IMG/VR virus record: IMGVR_UViG_2778261315_000002
DNA length: 36,286 nt
Strand: one strand, 5' to 3'
Source of the DNA: a virus
Lineage: Duplodnaviria > Heunggongvirae > Uroviricota > Caudoviricetes
In this document: positions 18,330 to 27,502 of the stretch, piece by piece
How positions within the stretch are numbered: position 1 is the first letter of the stretch
Layout: each line of letters opens with the position of its first letter
The notes under the pieces: model-generated
The model's input: only the letters and a program-made list of their open reading frames with translations
Databases searched by the model: none
Told to the model about the DNA's origin: nothing
Position numbers and translations under genes: made by a program

Positions 18330-18703
18330 GCGGCTACCTGTTGCGCCATCTGGTTACGGGTGATCCAGAAGGCAATAACGGTCAGCAGATAAAAGACCAG
18401 GGTAATGGCCCACCCCGTCCAGGCGAGACTGACGACAATCAGCAATCGCATAACCCAGCTGATAAATACGTTTTCTTTTCGGGTAATGCTCTTCAGCAAA
18501 GATGCCCTCAACTCCTGCCAGAGCGGGCCGTTCTTAATTAACGCAGCCAGTGCTACCGGAATTGCCACCCATGTCAGCAGACAGGTTACCCAGACACCGG
18601 ACGCTGCCAGTACCGGAAAAACCCCCTGCGGATACACCATTGCTGCGATTAACAGCGCCATCCATAACATTAGAAACAGCCCGCTGATTAATTTCTTTTT
18701 CAT
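18326..18703 (-). CDS. lysA: Lysis-timing membrane protein (LysA-like)
   Basis: About 125 aa from the ATG at 18703 (GGGAG Shine-Dalgarno), four predicted TM helices; P2 lysA position. Confidence 0.6.
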   Translation of the reverse strand: MKKKLISGLFLMLWMALLIAAMVYPQGVFPVLAASGVWVTCLLTWVAIPVALAALIKNGPLWQELRASLLKSITRKENVFISWVMRLLIVVSLAWTGWAITLVFYLLTVIAFWITRNQMAQQVAA

Positions 18704-18704
18704 T

Positions 18705-19217
18705 TCAGTTTGCTCCCTGTAAACACCAGGCCATCTCCCGCGCACGGCGGTTATCCAGCCCCTGATTAAACACACCTTTTACATAAACCCAGCGCGGCAA
18801 CTGTCGGCATGCATCCGCCCAGCGCCGCTGATTGAGTAATTTCACCAGCGTGGAACTGCAGGCATTGCCCGTTCCCACGTTGAAGGCAAACGACACCGCA
18901 GCGTCATACACCTTCTGCGGCGGCTGTTGCTTCACACACCTTTCCAGCGCCCGCTCCACACGCAGCACGTTGGAGATCAGCCCTTCTGCTGCCTGTCGCT
19001 CCGTAATGGTTTTGCCGGGAATGACGCCCGACGTATTACCAATGCCGTCGGTCCAGACACCCGCGCTGCACTGATACGGCTGCAGACGACAGCCTTCGTA
19101 ATCGGCAATCAGTTTCAGCCCCTCCACGGAGGTGTGAAGCTGCTGAAAACCCGGCAGCGTGGCAGCAATAGCCAGCACGGTCCCGACAAGGCAGCGTTTA
19201 ACGATTGATGGATTCAT
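18705..19217 (-). CDS. K: Endolysin, lysozyme family with N-terminal signal-anchor-release (SAR) domain
   Basis: 170 aa; weakly hydrophobic Gly/Ala-rich N-terminal segment (VKRCLVGTVLAIAATLPGF) followed by a lysozyme-like domain; P2 gene K position. Confidence 0.8.
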   Translation of the reverse strand: MNPSIVKRCLVGTVLAIAATLPGFQQLHTSVEGLKLIADYEGCRLQPYQCSAGVWTDGIGNTSGVIPGKTITERQAAEGLISNVLRVERALERCVKQQPPQKVYDAAVSFAFNVGTGNACSSTLVKLLNQRRWADACRQLPRWVYVKGVFNQGLDNRRAREMAWCLQGAN

Positions 19218-19413
19218 AGTCCTCCCGCGTGATCTGCCCGTCGCGCAGAAGCTGGTAGGCTTTGTGTTTGTAGTACCAGTTGATAGCCAGCATCAGCACA
19301 CCGATCATCAGGCCTCCCAGCGTTGAGGCATCCTTGATGGACAAATCGCCCAGCCAGGCCAGCACGACGGCGATGCAATACGTGATAAAGGCGCTGATTC
19401 GCTCAAGCGTCAT
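19198..19413 (-). CDS. Holin (probable pinholin partner of the SAR endolysin)
   Basis: 71 aa, two predicted TM helices and a charged C-terminus, immediately upstream of the endolysin. Confidence 0.6.
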   Translation of the reverse strand: MTLERISAFITYCIAVVLAWLGDLSIKDASTLGGLMIGVLMLAINWYYKHKAYQLLRDGQITREDYESINR

Positions 19414-19416
19414 AAT

Positions 19417-19620
19417 TCAGTCCCATAGCTGGACGGTCTGCACGGTGGTGGTCGTCGGAATGTCCGGCAGCTCCACCTGCAGCCCGTGAGGTAAAAAGGG
19501 GCCGTATTCGGCAAGCCCCTGATTTGCCTTCAGTACCTGCTCCGTGACACCCTGCGTGCGCCCGTAATGACGCCAGCAAAGTGCATCCACCGTGTCATAC
19601 TGATGCGTTCGCACTTTCAT
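19417..19620 (-). CDS. X: Tail protein X
   Basis: 67 aa; same length and position as P2 gpX. Confidence 0.8.
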   Translation of the reverse strand: MKVRTHQYDTVDALCWRHYGRTQGVTEQVLKANQGLAEYGPFLPHGLQVELPDIPTTTTVQTVQLWD

Positions 19621-20084
19621 CAGATAAGCTCCACTGTGCAGTGCGGCGCGTCCTGCACCCGGCTGATAGCCCAGCGGGCGTCACGCCACAAATCACCGCT
19701 GGCTTCCGCCAGTTCCTCGCCCCGCTTCACACCGGATGCCGTGGCGTCATAGTCCTGGTAACGTTCGTTGAGCATGGCGCGTGCCCAGCAGTAAACCGCA
19801 TTGAAATAGTGCTGAATGCGCTCACTTTTCCCGTCCAGCTGTTCTGCAGGAACCTCTGCCAGCGAGACATACCCCAGCATCTGCTGGCGTCTGCGAAACT
19901 CATACAGCTCTGCGTTGACCTCCGAAATTGCCGACAGGGCAACCTGCTTTAAACGCGGCTGCGTCACCGTGCCGTCAGTGCGCATCACGCTGCGAAACTC
20001 CGACAGGTCCACATCAGGCCAGAACGGCGTATTTCTGATGATTTCCGCCTGTTCCGGTGCCTGTTCTGGTGCAACAAACTTCAT
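19620..20084 (-). CDS. L: Head completion / stabilisation protein L
   Basis: 154 aa from the ATG at 20084 (AGGAGA Shine-Dalgarno); P2 gpL position; the track ORF extends to a GTG at 20147. Confidence 0.7.
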   Translation of the reverse strand: MKFVAPEQAPEQAEIIRNTPFWPDVDLSEFRSVMRTDGTVTQPRLKQVALSAISEVNAELYEFRRRQQMLGYVSLAEVPAEQLDGKSERIQHYFNAVYCWARAMLNERYQDYDATASGVKRGEELAEASGDLWRDARWAISRVQDAPHCTVELI

Positions 20085-20179
20085 GCTGCTTTCTCCTGAA
20101 ATAGAGGGCGGTGGACGGGATTTTGATGTGGCTATGCCTTTCGCCACCCCGTGCCGCCCGTGCGCGGGGGCACGTTCTG

Positions 20180-20830
20180 TCAGCGGCTGTCATTGCGCAG
20201 TCTGCGCTCCAGCTGCTGTTTGTCTTTTTTCACGCCACAGCGGGGATCGAGCTGTAACGCATGGTTGAGATGGTTAAGGGCAGAAGCCGGATTGCTTTCA
20301 CTCAGGACAGCGCCAATCGCTTTATGCAGACGCGCCCGTGACTGGTCCGGCATATCCAGACCGTCTGTTAGTTCCAGTGTCTGCAGTAACAGATCGGCAT
20401 CAAAGCCGGTGGCGGCAAGCATTGCGCTCTGCGCTGCGTCTGCCATTTCCTCTGCCAGCACGGTCTGCACGTTGCGGTTACCCAGCGGCATCACCCAGCC
20501 ATGACGCAGGGCATGACGCCCGATCTCCAGCGCCCCGGCATAATCTCCGGCATCAATGCGCCACAGCATCACGTACATCAGCACGTCATCCTGTTGAGCG
20601 CCTCCGGCAGCCAGGACACCCTCTGCCCAGGCGGCGTACTTCGGCAGCAGCTCCACCTTGATTTCCGCTTTTTTGACCGTGGACTGAACGCCCTTGAGAC
20701 GGCGGCGGTCTTCCGCCAGTTGCAGCAGCATCAGGTCATAGCCCGACGCGTGGCGAACACTGCCGCCCTCGCGGGCGGCCTGTTCAGCCTGAACGCGCAG
20801 GCGATGCTGCCGTGCGGGACTCAGGCTCAT
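20180..20830 (-). CDS. M: Terminase endonuclease (small) subunit M
   Basis: 216 aa; P2 gpM position and similarity. Confidence 0.8.
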   Translation of the reverse strand: MSLSPARQHRLRVQAEQAAREGGSVRHASGYDLMLLQLAEDRRRLKGVQSTVKKAEIKVELLPKYAAWAEGVLAAGGAQQDDVLMYVMLWRIDAGDYAGALEIGRHALRHGWVMPLGNRNVQTVLAEEMADAAQSAMLAATGFDADLLLQTLELTDGLDMPDQSRARLHKAIGAVLSESNPASALNHLNHALQLDPRCGVKKDKQQLERRLRNDSR

Positions 20831-20833
20831 GGG

Positions 20834-21892
20834 TTACGCTCCGGCTTCTGCTGCAGTGGCGCTGAAATCGCCAATCTGGATGTTTTCCACCAGTGCGGCG
20901 CAGCGGTAGTCCTCAACCACATAGGCTTCATTAACGGATTCAAAGTTTTCAATCCGGTCACGTTTCGGGTTGTCGATAACTGAACGGCGGCGGGTGTCTT
21001 CCTGCCAGTAGATGGACAGGTTATCCAGACGGGTAATCAGCAGTGCATTCGGCGGGAAGAACGGCGCACGCACGGCCTGCAGGCCCCCCATGCGTTTCTG
21101 GCTGATGATCATATCGGCAGCCAGTTTTTCACTGTTTTCCTGCTCTTTGTTGACCAGCGGGAAATACTTGTCAGACAGCAGTTCACGACCGCAAATCACC
21201 ACCAGATCGTCATCGTCCTGGTAGACCACATCGATAAGCTCATTGACGGCATCCATCACCACGGCGTCCAGGTTGGCATATTCGCCCCCTTTCCCGACTT
21301 TCACCGCGCCCGGTGTGGTTTCACCGCCCGTGGTGGTGCTGCCCATGACGTGATCCGGTGCATCCTCACGGATTTTCTGCAGCCAGCCTTTGTTCACATC
21401 CTGCAGCAGCGGGTTTTCACTACGGTTGGAGGTTTTCACACGCTTCACGCCGTTAAAGCCGATCATGATGCGGTCCAGTGCCTGACGTTTCACGATGGCG
21501 TCACGGATACGCACCTGGAAATCCTGAAACTTCGCCCACAGGTCCAGCTTCGCGTAGGTCAGCACCGTGTCAAAGTTGGTCTGCTCGCATTTATATTCCA
21601 CATCGACCATCAGCGTCGGATCGACAGGTTCACGCTCTTTCGCGGTGGTGTCAGTGGTTCCGGCAATGGTGCTGCCAACACCCAGCCCCAGCAGCTGACC
21701 GGACTGCTCAGTCACTGGCGTGACGTTAATCAGCGTCAGGAAAGCAGCGGACTGCTGGATCTGGTCTTCCAGCGTCTGCTGCACAGACGGCTCCACAGTG
21801 AATTTGCTGGACAGTTCTTCAACTGCCACACCGTTCAGACGCGCCAGCTGCTGCAGGTAAGCGTTAAAAGCAAAGCGGGTATTCTTCTTCAT
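20834..21892 (-). CDS. N: Major capsid protein N
   Basis: 352 aa; P2 gpN size and position. Confidence 0.85.
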   Translation of the reverse strand: MKKNTRFAFNAYLQQLARLNGVAVEELSSKFTVEPSVQQTLEDQIQQSAAFLTLINVTPVTEQSGQLLGLGVGSTIAGTTDTTAKEREPVDPTLMVDVEYKCEQTNFDTVLTYAKLDLWAKFQDFQVRIRDAIVKRQALDRIMIGFNGVKRVKTSNRSENPLLQDVNKGWLQKIREDAPDHVMGSTTTGGETTPGAVKVGKGGEYANLDAVVMDAVNELIDVVYQDDDDLVVICGRELLSDKYFPLVNKEQENSEKLAADMIISQKRMGGLQAVRAPFFPPNALLITRLDNLSIYWQEDTRRRSVIDNPKRDRIENFESVNEAYVVEDYRCAALVENIQIGDFSATAAEAGA

Positions 21893-21908
21893 CGGGTTTT
21901 GTGCTCCA

Positions 21909-22742
21909 TCAGCAATTGGTCAGAGTGTCAGCGGGGGCGTTACCGCCTGTTGCACGCTGGCGGTAGTCCTGGCGGCTGTCTTCATGACTCAGCTTGTCCA
22001 CCAGTTCGTTAAAGGCGGTCAGCTGTGCCTGCAGGGCAGTCTCCAGCTCAGACAGGCGTTCTTCCTGCTCAGACAGGGATTTTTCGGTGCGTGCGCTCAG
22101 GTTCTGCTGCTCAGTGGCGACCAGCTCCACGGCCTTATGCACATCAGAGAACCGGGCGTCATCGGACTGCTCTTTTTTGGTAAACAGCGCCGTGACGCGG
22201 GCAAACAGGGACGGTTTGTCGTCCTGGATTTCTTCCAGTTCGATCACCGTTTCCTCTGCAGCGGTAAAGAGATTGGCAGGATTCTGCTTGCGGTTTGCCA
22301 GCGGGTTATGGGCTGCACTGGCGCTGAATGTCAGCATTTCCGTACCCAGACTGGCAGGGTCATCAGTGGCAGCCAGGCCGACCAGGTAGGCTTTGCCCGT
22401 ATCAGCGAACTTCGGGCTGACTTCCATAGAGGTGAATAATTTCTGGCCTTTTTTCACCAGTTCCACCAGGGACTCCGTTGGCTCAACGTCGGCATACAGC
22501 GCCATCTTGCCTGCCAGCGGACCTTCCGTGATTTCTTCAGCAAACAGCGCCGTCACCTTGCCGTAGCGGTTAAAGGTGCTGTCCGGCAGATAAGACTTGA
22601 TGTGCTCAAGGTTAATCAGCGCGGTATACACCGCCGGGTTGTAGCTGGCTGCCATCTGTTCCAGCCATTCACGCTGGATTTCGCGTCCGTCGGTGGTGGC
22701 ACCTTCCACCCCGATGCGAAAACGCTTTGCTTTCACTGTCAT
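21909..22742 (-). CDS. O: Capsid scaffolding protein O
   Basis: 277 aa; acidic coiled-coil C-terminal half; P2 gpO position. Confidence 0.8.
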   Translation of the reverse strand: MTVKAKRFRIGVEGATTDGREIQREWLEQMAASYNPAVYTALINLEHIKSYLPDSTFNRYGKVTALFAEEITEGPLAGKMALYADVEPTESLVELVKKGQKLFTSMEVSPKFADTGKAYLVGLAATDDPASLGTEMLTFSASAAHNPLANRKQNPANLFTAAEETVIELEEIQDDKPSLFARVTALFTKKEQSDDARFSDVHKAVELVATEQQNLSARTEKSLSEQEERLSELETALQAQLTAFNELVDKLSHEDSRQDYRQRATGGNAPADTLTNC

Positions 22743-22820
22743 GAGCCGTGCTCCGTTAGAAAAAACTTACTGGAGCCTTATGGTTGCGGTGATGGGGGCA
22801 GTGAAACAATGCGCGGTATT

Positions 22821-22838
22821 TGTACCGACAACCACACA
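22821..22838. promoter_or_regulatory. Putative Ogr-binding dyad (TGT-N12-ACA) in the divergent O/P late promoter region
   Basis: TGTACCGACAACCACACA; flanks nearly identical to the FI-upstream dyad; about 87 bp upstream of the O start and 55 bp upstream of the P ATG. Confidence 0.5.
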
Positions 22839-22884
22839 AACCGCAGGCGGGGAAAGCCTTCATTCAAGGCTGTAGGTTTGTGCC

Positions 22885-24651
22885 ATGAACACCACACTGA
22901 CACCCGCAGATCTCGATCCCCGTCGGCAGGCGATGCTGCTGTACTTTCAGGGATACCGCGTAGCCCGCATTGCTGAAATGCTGGGCGAGAAAGTTGCAAC
23001 CGTTCACAGCTGGAAAAAACGCGACAAGTGGGGTGACTATGGGCCGCTGGATCAGATGCAGCTCACCACCGCCGCACGCTACTGCCAGCTCATCATGAAG
23101 GAGCACAAAGAAGGGAAAGATTTCAAAGAGATTGACCTGCTGGCGCGCCAGTCTGAGCGCCACGCGCGGATCGGCAAGTTTAACAATGGCGGCAACGAAT
23201 CCGACTTAAACCCTAACGTCGCCAACCGCAACAAAGGCCCACGCCGTCAGCCGGAAAAGAATGTTTTCACCGATGAGCAGATTGAGAAGCTGGAAGAAAT
23301 CTTCCATTCCTCCATGTTCAACTACCAGCGCCACTGGTGGGAAGCCGGAAAAACCAACCGCATCCGCAACCTGCTGAAGTCACGCCAGATCGGCGCGACC
23401 TTTTACTTTGCCCGTGAAGCCCTGATTGACGCCCTGCTTACCGGACGTAACCAGATTTTCCTTTCCGCCAGTAAGGCACAGGCTCACGTCTTTAAGCAGT
23501 ACATCATAGACTTCGCCAAAGAAGTCGAGGTGGAGCTGAAAGGCGATCCGATGGTGCTTCCCAACGGGGCCACGCTTTACTTCCTCGGCACCAATGCCCG
23601 CACGGCCCAGAGTTACCACGGCAACCTTTATCTGGATGAATATTTCTGGATACCGAAATTCCAGGAGCTGCGCAAAGTGGCTTCCGGTATGGCTATTCAC
23701 AAAAAATGGCGACAAACCTATTTTTCCACGCCATCCAGCCTGACACACAGTGCTTATCCGTTCTGGTCCGGTGCGCTGTTCAACCGTGGGCGCAACAAAG
23801 CCGATAAGGTGGACATCGACCTGTCCCACAGCAATTTGGCCCCCGGCCTGCTGTGCGCAGACGGGCAATACCGCCAGATAGTCACCGTGGAAGATGCGGT
23901 GCGCGGCGGCTGTAACCTGTTCGACCTTGACCAGTTGCGCATGGAGTACAGCCCGGACGAATACCAGAACCTGCTGATGTGCGAATTTGTGGACGATCTC
24001 GCGTCCGTGTTTCCGCTCAGCGAGCTGCAGGCGTGCATGGTGGACAGTTGGGAAGTCTGGAGCGACTTTCATGCACTGGCTCTGCGCCCGTTTGGCTGGC
24101 GCGAAGTGTGGATCGGTTATGACCCGGCAAAAGGTACGCAGAACGGCGACAGCGCCGGATGCGTGGTGGTGGCACCGCCAGCCGTGCCGGGCGGTAAGTT
24201 CCGCATTCTTGAGCGTCACCAGTGGCGCGGGATGGACTTCCGCGCCCAGGCGGACGCCATCAAAAAACTGACCGAACAGTACAACGTGACATATATCGGC
24301 ATCGACTCGACGGGTGTCGGTCACGGGGTTTATGAGAACGTGAAAGCGTTTTTTCCAGCCGTCCGGGAGTTTGTCTACAACCCCAACGTTAAAAACGCCC
24401 TGGTACTCAAGGCCTACGACATTATCAGTCACCGTCGTCTGGAGTTTGACGCCGGACACACCGACATAGCGCAGTCATTTATGGCAATCCGTCGTGCCAC
24501 CACAGCCAGCGGCAACCGCCCGACCTATGAAGCCAGCCGCAGCGAAGAAGCCAGCCATGCCGATCTGGCCTGGGCAACAATGCACGCACTGTTTAACGAA
24601 CCGCTGCAGGGCGAGTCCGCCAATACCAGCAATATTGTGGAGATTTTTTGA
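22885..24651 (+). CDS. P: Terminase large (ATPase) subunit P
   Basis: 588 aa; divergent from O as in P2; an internal Met 16 codons in is an alternative start. Confidence 0.85.
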   Translation: MNTTLTPADLDPRRQAMLLYFQGYRVARIAEMLGEKVATVHSWKKRDKWGDYGPLDQMQLTTAARYCQLIMKEHKEGKDFKEIDLLARQSERHARIGKFNNGGNESDLNPNVANRNKGPRRQPEKNVFTDEQIEKLEEIFHSSMFNYQRHWWEAGKTNRIRNLLKSRQIGATFYFAREALIDALLTGRNQIFLSASKAQAHVFKQYIIDFAKEVEVELKGDPMVLPNGATLYFLGTNARTAQSYHGNLYLDEYFWIPKFQELRKVASGMAIHKKWRQTYFSTPSSLTHSAYPFWSGALFNRGRNKADKVDIDLSHSNLAPGLLCADGQYRQIVTVEDAVRGGCNLFDLDQLRMEYSPDEYQNLLMCEFVDDLASVFPLSELQACMVDSWEVWSDFHALALRPFGWREVWIGYDPAKGTQNGDSAGCVVVAPPAVPGGKFRILERHQWRGMDFRAQADAIKKLTEQYNVTYIGIDSTGVGHGVYENVKAFFPAVREFVYNPNVKNALVLKAYDIISHRRLEFDAGHTDIAQSFMAIRRATTASGNRPTYEASRSEEASHADLAWATMHALFNEPLQGESANTSNIVEIF

Positions 24652-25676
24652 TGGGAAAGAGTAAAAAGAACCGCGCTGCGTCGACGAACCAGATCCAGCA
24701 TAAAAGCCAGACTTCAGCCGAAGCATTCAGCTTTGGTGATCCCATTCCTGTACTGGACCGCCGCGAACTGCTGGACTATGTGGAATGCGTACAGACGGAT
24801 CGCTGGTATGAGCCACCCGTAAGTTTTGACGGACTGGCGCGCACCTTCCGCGCTGCCGTGCATCACAGTTCCCCGATTGCAGTAAAGTGCAACATTCTGA
24901 CCAGTACCTATATCCCTCATCCGCTGCTCAGCCAACAGGCTTTTTCGCGTTTTGTGCAGGACTATCTGGTATTTGGTAACGCCTACCTGGAGAAACGCAC
25001 GAACCGATTCGGTGAAGTTATCGCCCTTGAGCCTGCGCTGGCAAAATACACCCGACGTGGGTTAGACCTGGATACCTACTGGTTTGTGCAATACGGTATG
25101 ACAACCCAGCCGTATCAGTTCACGAAAGGCAGCATTTTTCATCTGATGGAACCGGACATCAACCAGGAGATCTACGGCCTGCCAGGCTATCTTTCTGCCA
25201 TTCCATCCGCCCTGCTCAACGAGTCTGCCACGCTGTTCCGCCGTAAGTATTACATCAACGGCAGCCATGCAGGCTTCATCATGTACATGACCGACGCCGC
25301 GCAGAATCAGGAGGATGTGAACAATCTCCGCAACGCGATGAAAAGCGCCAAAGGTCCAGGCAACTTCCGCAACCTGTTTATGTACTCGCCTAATGGCAAA
25401 AAGGACGGCCTTCAGATCATCCCTTTGTCAGAAGTTGCGGCGAAGGATGAGTTTCTGAATATCAAAAATGTCAGCCGCGATGACATGATGGCAGCACATC
25501 GCGTTCCGCCACAGATGATGGGGATAATGCCTAATAATGTTGGGGGTTTTGGGGATGTGGAGAAGGCAGCAAATGTGTTTGTGCGAAATGAGTTATTACC
25601 CCTGCAAAAGCGTTGTTTAGAATTAAATGAATGGAGTAAAAAAGAACTCATACGGTTTGAGAGATACAGTTTATAA
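24651..25676 (+). CDS. Q: Portal protein Q
   Basis: 341 aa from the ATG at 24651, overlapping the P stop (TGATG); P2 gpQ size and position. The last ~25 codons lie in AT-rich sequence. Confidence 0.85.
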   Translation: MGKSKKNRAASTNQIQHKSQTSAEAFSFGDPIPVLDRRELLDYVECVQTDRWYEPPVSFDGLARTFRAAVHHSSPIAVKCNILTSTYIPHPLLSQQAFSRFVQDYLVFGNAYLEKRTNRFGEVIALEPALAKYTRRGLDLDTYWFVQYGMTTQPYQFTKGSIFHLMEPDINQEIYGLPGYLSAIPSALLNESATLFRRKYYINGSHAGFIMYMTDAAQNQEDVNNLRNAMKSAKGPGNFRNLFMYSPNGKKDGLQIIPLSEVAAKDEFLNIKNVSRDDMMAAHRVPPQMMGIMPNNVGGFGDVEKAANVFVRNELLPLQKRCLELNEWSKKELIRFERYSL

Positions 25677-25695
25677 AATCCAAAAAAACATAAAA

Positions 25696-25715
25696 ATGGC
25701 CGCTTAAACGGCCAT
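25696..25715 (-). terminator. Intrinsic terminator of the cargo operon
   Basis: Hairpin atggccg-cttaaa-cggccat; on the minus strand it is followed by TTTTTATGTTTTTTT, directly after the stop of the membrane-protein gene. Confidence 0.55.
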
Positions 25716-25720
25716 CCTTA

Positions 25721-26404
25721 TTAATTTGAAGAATCTTTTTTGAAGGTATCCAAATACCCTCTCAAATCAAAATCTTTATTACCCCTAAATTTTTCAACAT
25801 CTTTCTTGTCTGCATCTCTTTGTTCTCTAATCTTCTTGTTTAGTTTTTCAATCAAAGATTGTCTTTCGGCCTCTATTTCTTTTATTTTTTCAAAATGGAG
25901 TTTCGCCTTTCGTGCTTCTTCAGTCTTTACAATTATTTCATAACAAACACACAAAAGAAAACAAACCGTGGAAACGGTCATCCCTGCATCCACAACTATG
26001 AAGTAACCAATATCAACATTTTCTTTTATCTTATCTAAAGGCACAATCAAACATCCAAGAACCATAAAAAGCCCCACCACAAGATAAATAAAATTAATAG
26101 AGTTACGATAACTCAATTTAAAATATTCATCTTTTTGAGCTTCAAATAATTCCACCACATTACTTGGAGCCTTACTGTTTAACTCAATATCTTTAATCTT
26201 ATCCTGATAATCCACAAATCTTTTTACCAGCAAACCAATTAAAATAGCACCAATTAAAGATAATGCTTTAGATATAAGAGAACCAATTTCTAACAATATA
26301 CCAGTCTGATTGTAAATCCCATAAAAAACAGAAGCGAAAAGTCCCCCTATCAAGATAGATAAGCTCAACTGTATAATAAAACGCTCTATTCTTTTATTAA
26401 TCAT
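25721..26404 (-). CDS. Cargo operon gene 2: small integral membrane protein (4 predicted TM helices, Lys/Glu-rich coiled-coil tail); candidate defence or abortive-infection effector
   Basis: 227 aa from the ATG at 26404, which overlaps the upstream stop (ATGA); hydrophobic stretches FIIQLSLSILIGGLFASVFYGIY, ILLEIGSLISKALSLIGAILIGLLV, FIYLVVGLFMVLGCLIVPL, GYFIVVDAGMTVSTVCFLLCVCYEIIV; AT-rich. Confidence 0.5.
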   Translation of the reverse strand: MINKRIERFIIQLSLSILIGGLFASVFYGIYNQTGILLEIGSLISKALSLIGAILIGLLVKRFVDYQDKIKDIELNSKAPSNVVELFEAQKDEYFKLSYRNSINFIYLVVGLFMVLGCLIVPLDKIKENVDIGYFIVVDAGMTVSTVCFLLCVCYEIIVKTEEARKAKLHFEKIKEIEAERQSLIEKLNKKIREQRDADKKDVEKFRGNKDFDLRGYLDTFKKDSSN

Positions 26405-27396
26405 GGATTTATCACCCCAGCATCCAACAACCTTAACAACCATTCAACCATTTCATCACAAACACTATCAACAACTGGTAAACCCTTACTATATTCAATG
26501 CTAACATTGTCTTTTATTTGAATCTCATCATTTTTCAAAATCCCTGCACCTTTTAACTCAATAGTCAACATTTCATCCCTGTTATCAATTAGCCCCTCGG
26601 TTATCTTCCGAAGTAAATCTTGCTCATTATCACTGGCTCGATATTTATAACCAATAGAAATATCAATTGTAAGGTGTTCCTTTATTTCTGTATCAGGGGT
26701 ACTGTTTTTACGCAATTCTTCAACACGATGCTCACCAATTAAAGAACGCAATAACTCACTAGCAGCATCGTCAACGCCATTACCATTATATGTCAACGGC
26801 AGTTTTAAACTAACATTTTTAATGTTATTTCTTCTCAAGAATTCATTACTAATGCTTAAATTATTTGCCTGCAAAACAATAAAGTTTTCAACATCTACTC
26901 GTAGATTTTCCTTTAAAATAAAATTAATGTAATTTTCAATGTCTTTTATTCTTATTGCTCTACTTTGTAAAATCACGACATGATTCTTAACAACACCAAT
27001 ATAGGCAAAACTATCCAAATATTCTTTAACATCGCCACCCGCAATTCTGAAAGCCTCATATTCCAATTTCGGATTTTTATATTCCGTAACATCAAATACT
27101 GGAATACTTCCGCCAGGCTCTATGTACACAATTTCTGCAAAGAACATTCCGTTACGTTCAAATGAATTTGACATAACCATATGAGCATGCGTTGCCACAT
27201 CAGGATCAGAGTCCTTCGTTTCTAGAAAATGAACTCTATCTTGAACAGTACGAAACTTATGAGTCACAATCTCAGATAATCTGCTTTGTAAGTCTGATGT
27301 TAAAAGTGCATCTTTTTTAGGAAGCATAACTGCATGTCTGTAATGCAGTGCCTTGATTTTGGTATTGTTAGCAGCCATATAATTTCCAGTTTCCAT
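26401..27396 (-). CDS. Cargo operon gene 1: soluble protein of unknown function (candidate defence sensor or enzyme)
   Basis: 331-aa ORF (alternative ATG 6 codons in); no motif I can assign; AT-rich; translationally coupled to the downstream membrane protein. Confidence 0.5.
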   Translation of the reverse strand: METGNYMAANNTKIKALHYRHAVMLPKKDALLTSDLQSRLSEIVTHKFRTVQDRVHFLETKDSDPDVATHAHMVMSNSFERNGMFFAEIVYIEPGGSIPVFDVTEYKNPKLEYEAFRIAGGDVKEYLDSFAYIGVVKNHVVILQSRAIRIKDIENYINFILKENLRVDVENFIVLQANNLSISNEFLRRNNIKNVSLKLPLTYNGNGVDDAASELLRSLIGEHRVEELRKNSTPDTEIKEHLTIDISIGYKYRASDNEQDLLRKITEGLIDNRDEMLTIELKGAGILKNDEIQIKDNVSIEYSKGLPVVDSVCDEMVEWLLRLLDAGVINP

Positions 27397-27483
27397 TCTA
27401 TATTATGCTTTTTTACATAATACCTGCATAACTCAAAAGCATCTACGATCTTAATCGCACATACTAAAGCCTACCTACGCGCG

Positions 27484-27502
27484 CTCGTATCCCCGCCACG
27501 CC
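27484..27502 (-). other. Candidate cos (cohesive-end) sequence
   Basis: Minus strand reads GGCGTGGCGGGGATACGAG; first 13 nt match the P2/186 cohesive-end sequence as I recall it (GGCG[A/T]GGCGGGGAAAGCA[C/T]), 15 of 19 against the 186 form; lies in a 310-bp non-coding stretch. Confidence 0.35.

Noticed and set aside
23380-24459. 359-aa minus-strand ORF antisense to terminase gene P
   Set aside because: Fully embedded in the well-supported P reading frame; low-complexity composition; typical antisense artefact.
25721-27396. Calling the two-gene cargo operon Kiwa
   Set aside because: Component types are similar but the gene order is opposite to what I recall for kwaA-kwaB and I cannot verify sequence similarity; left unassigned.
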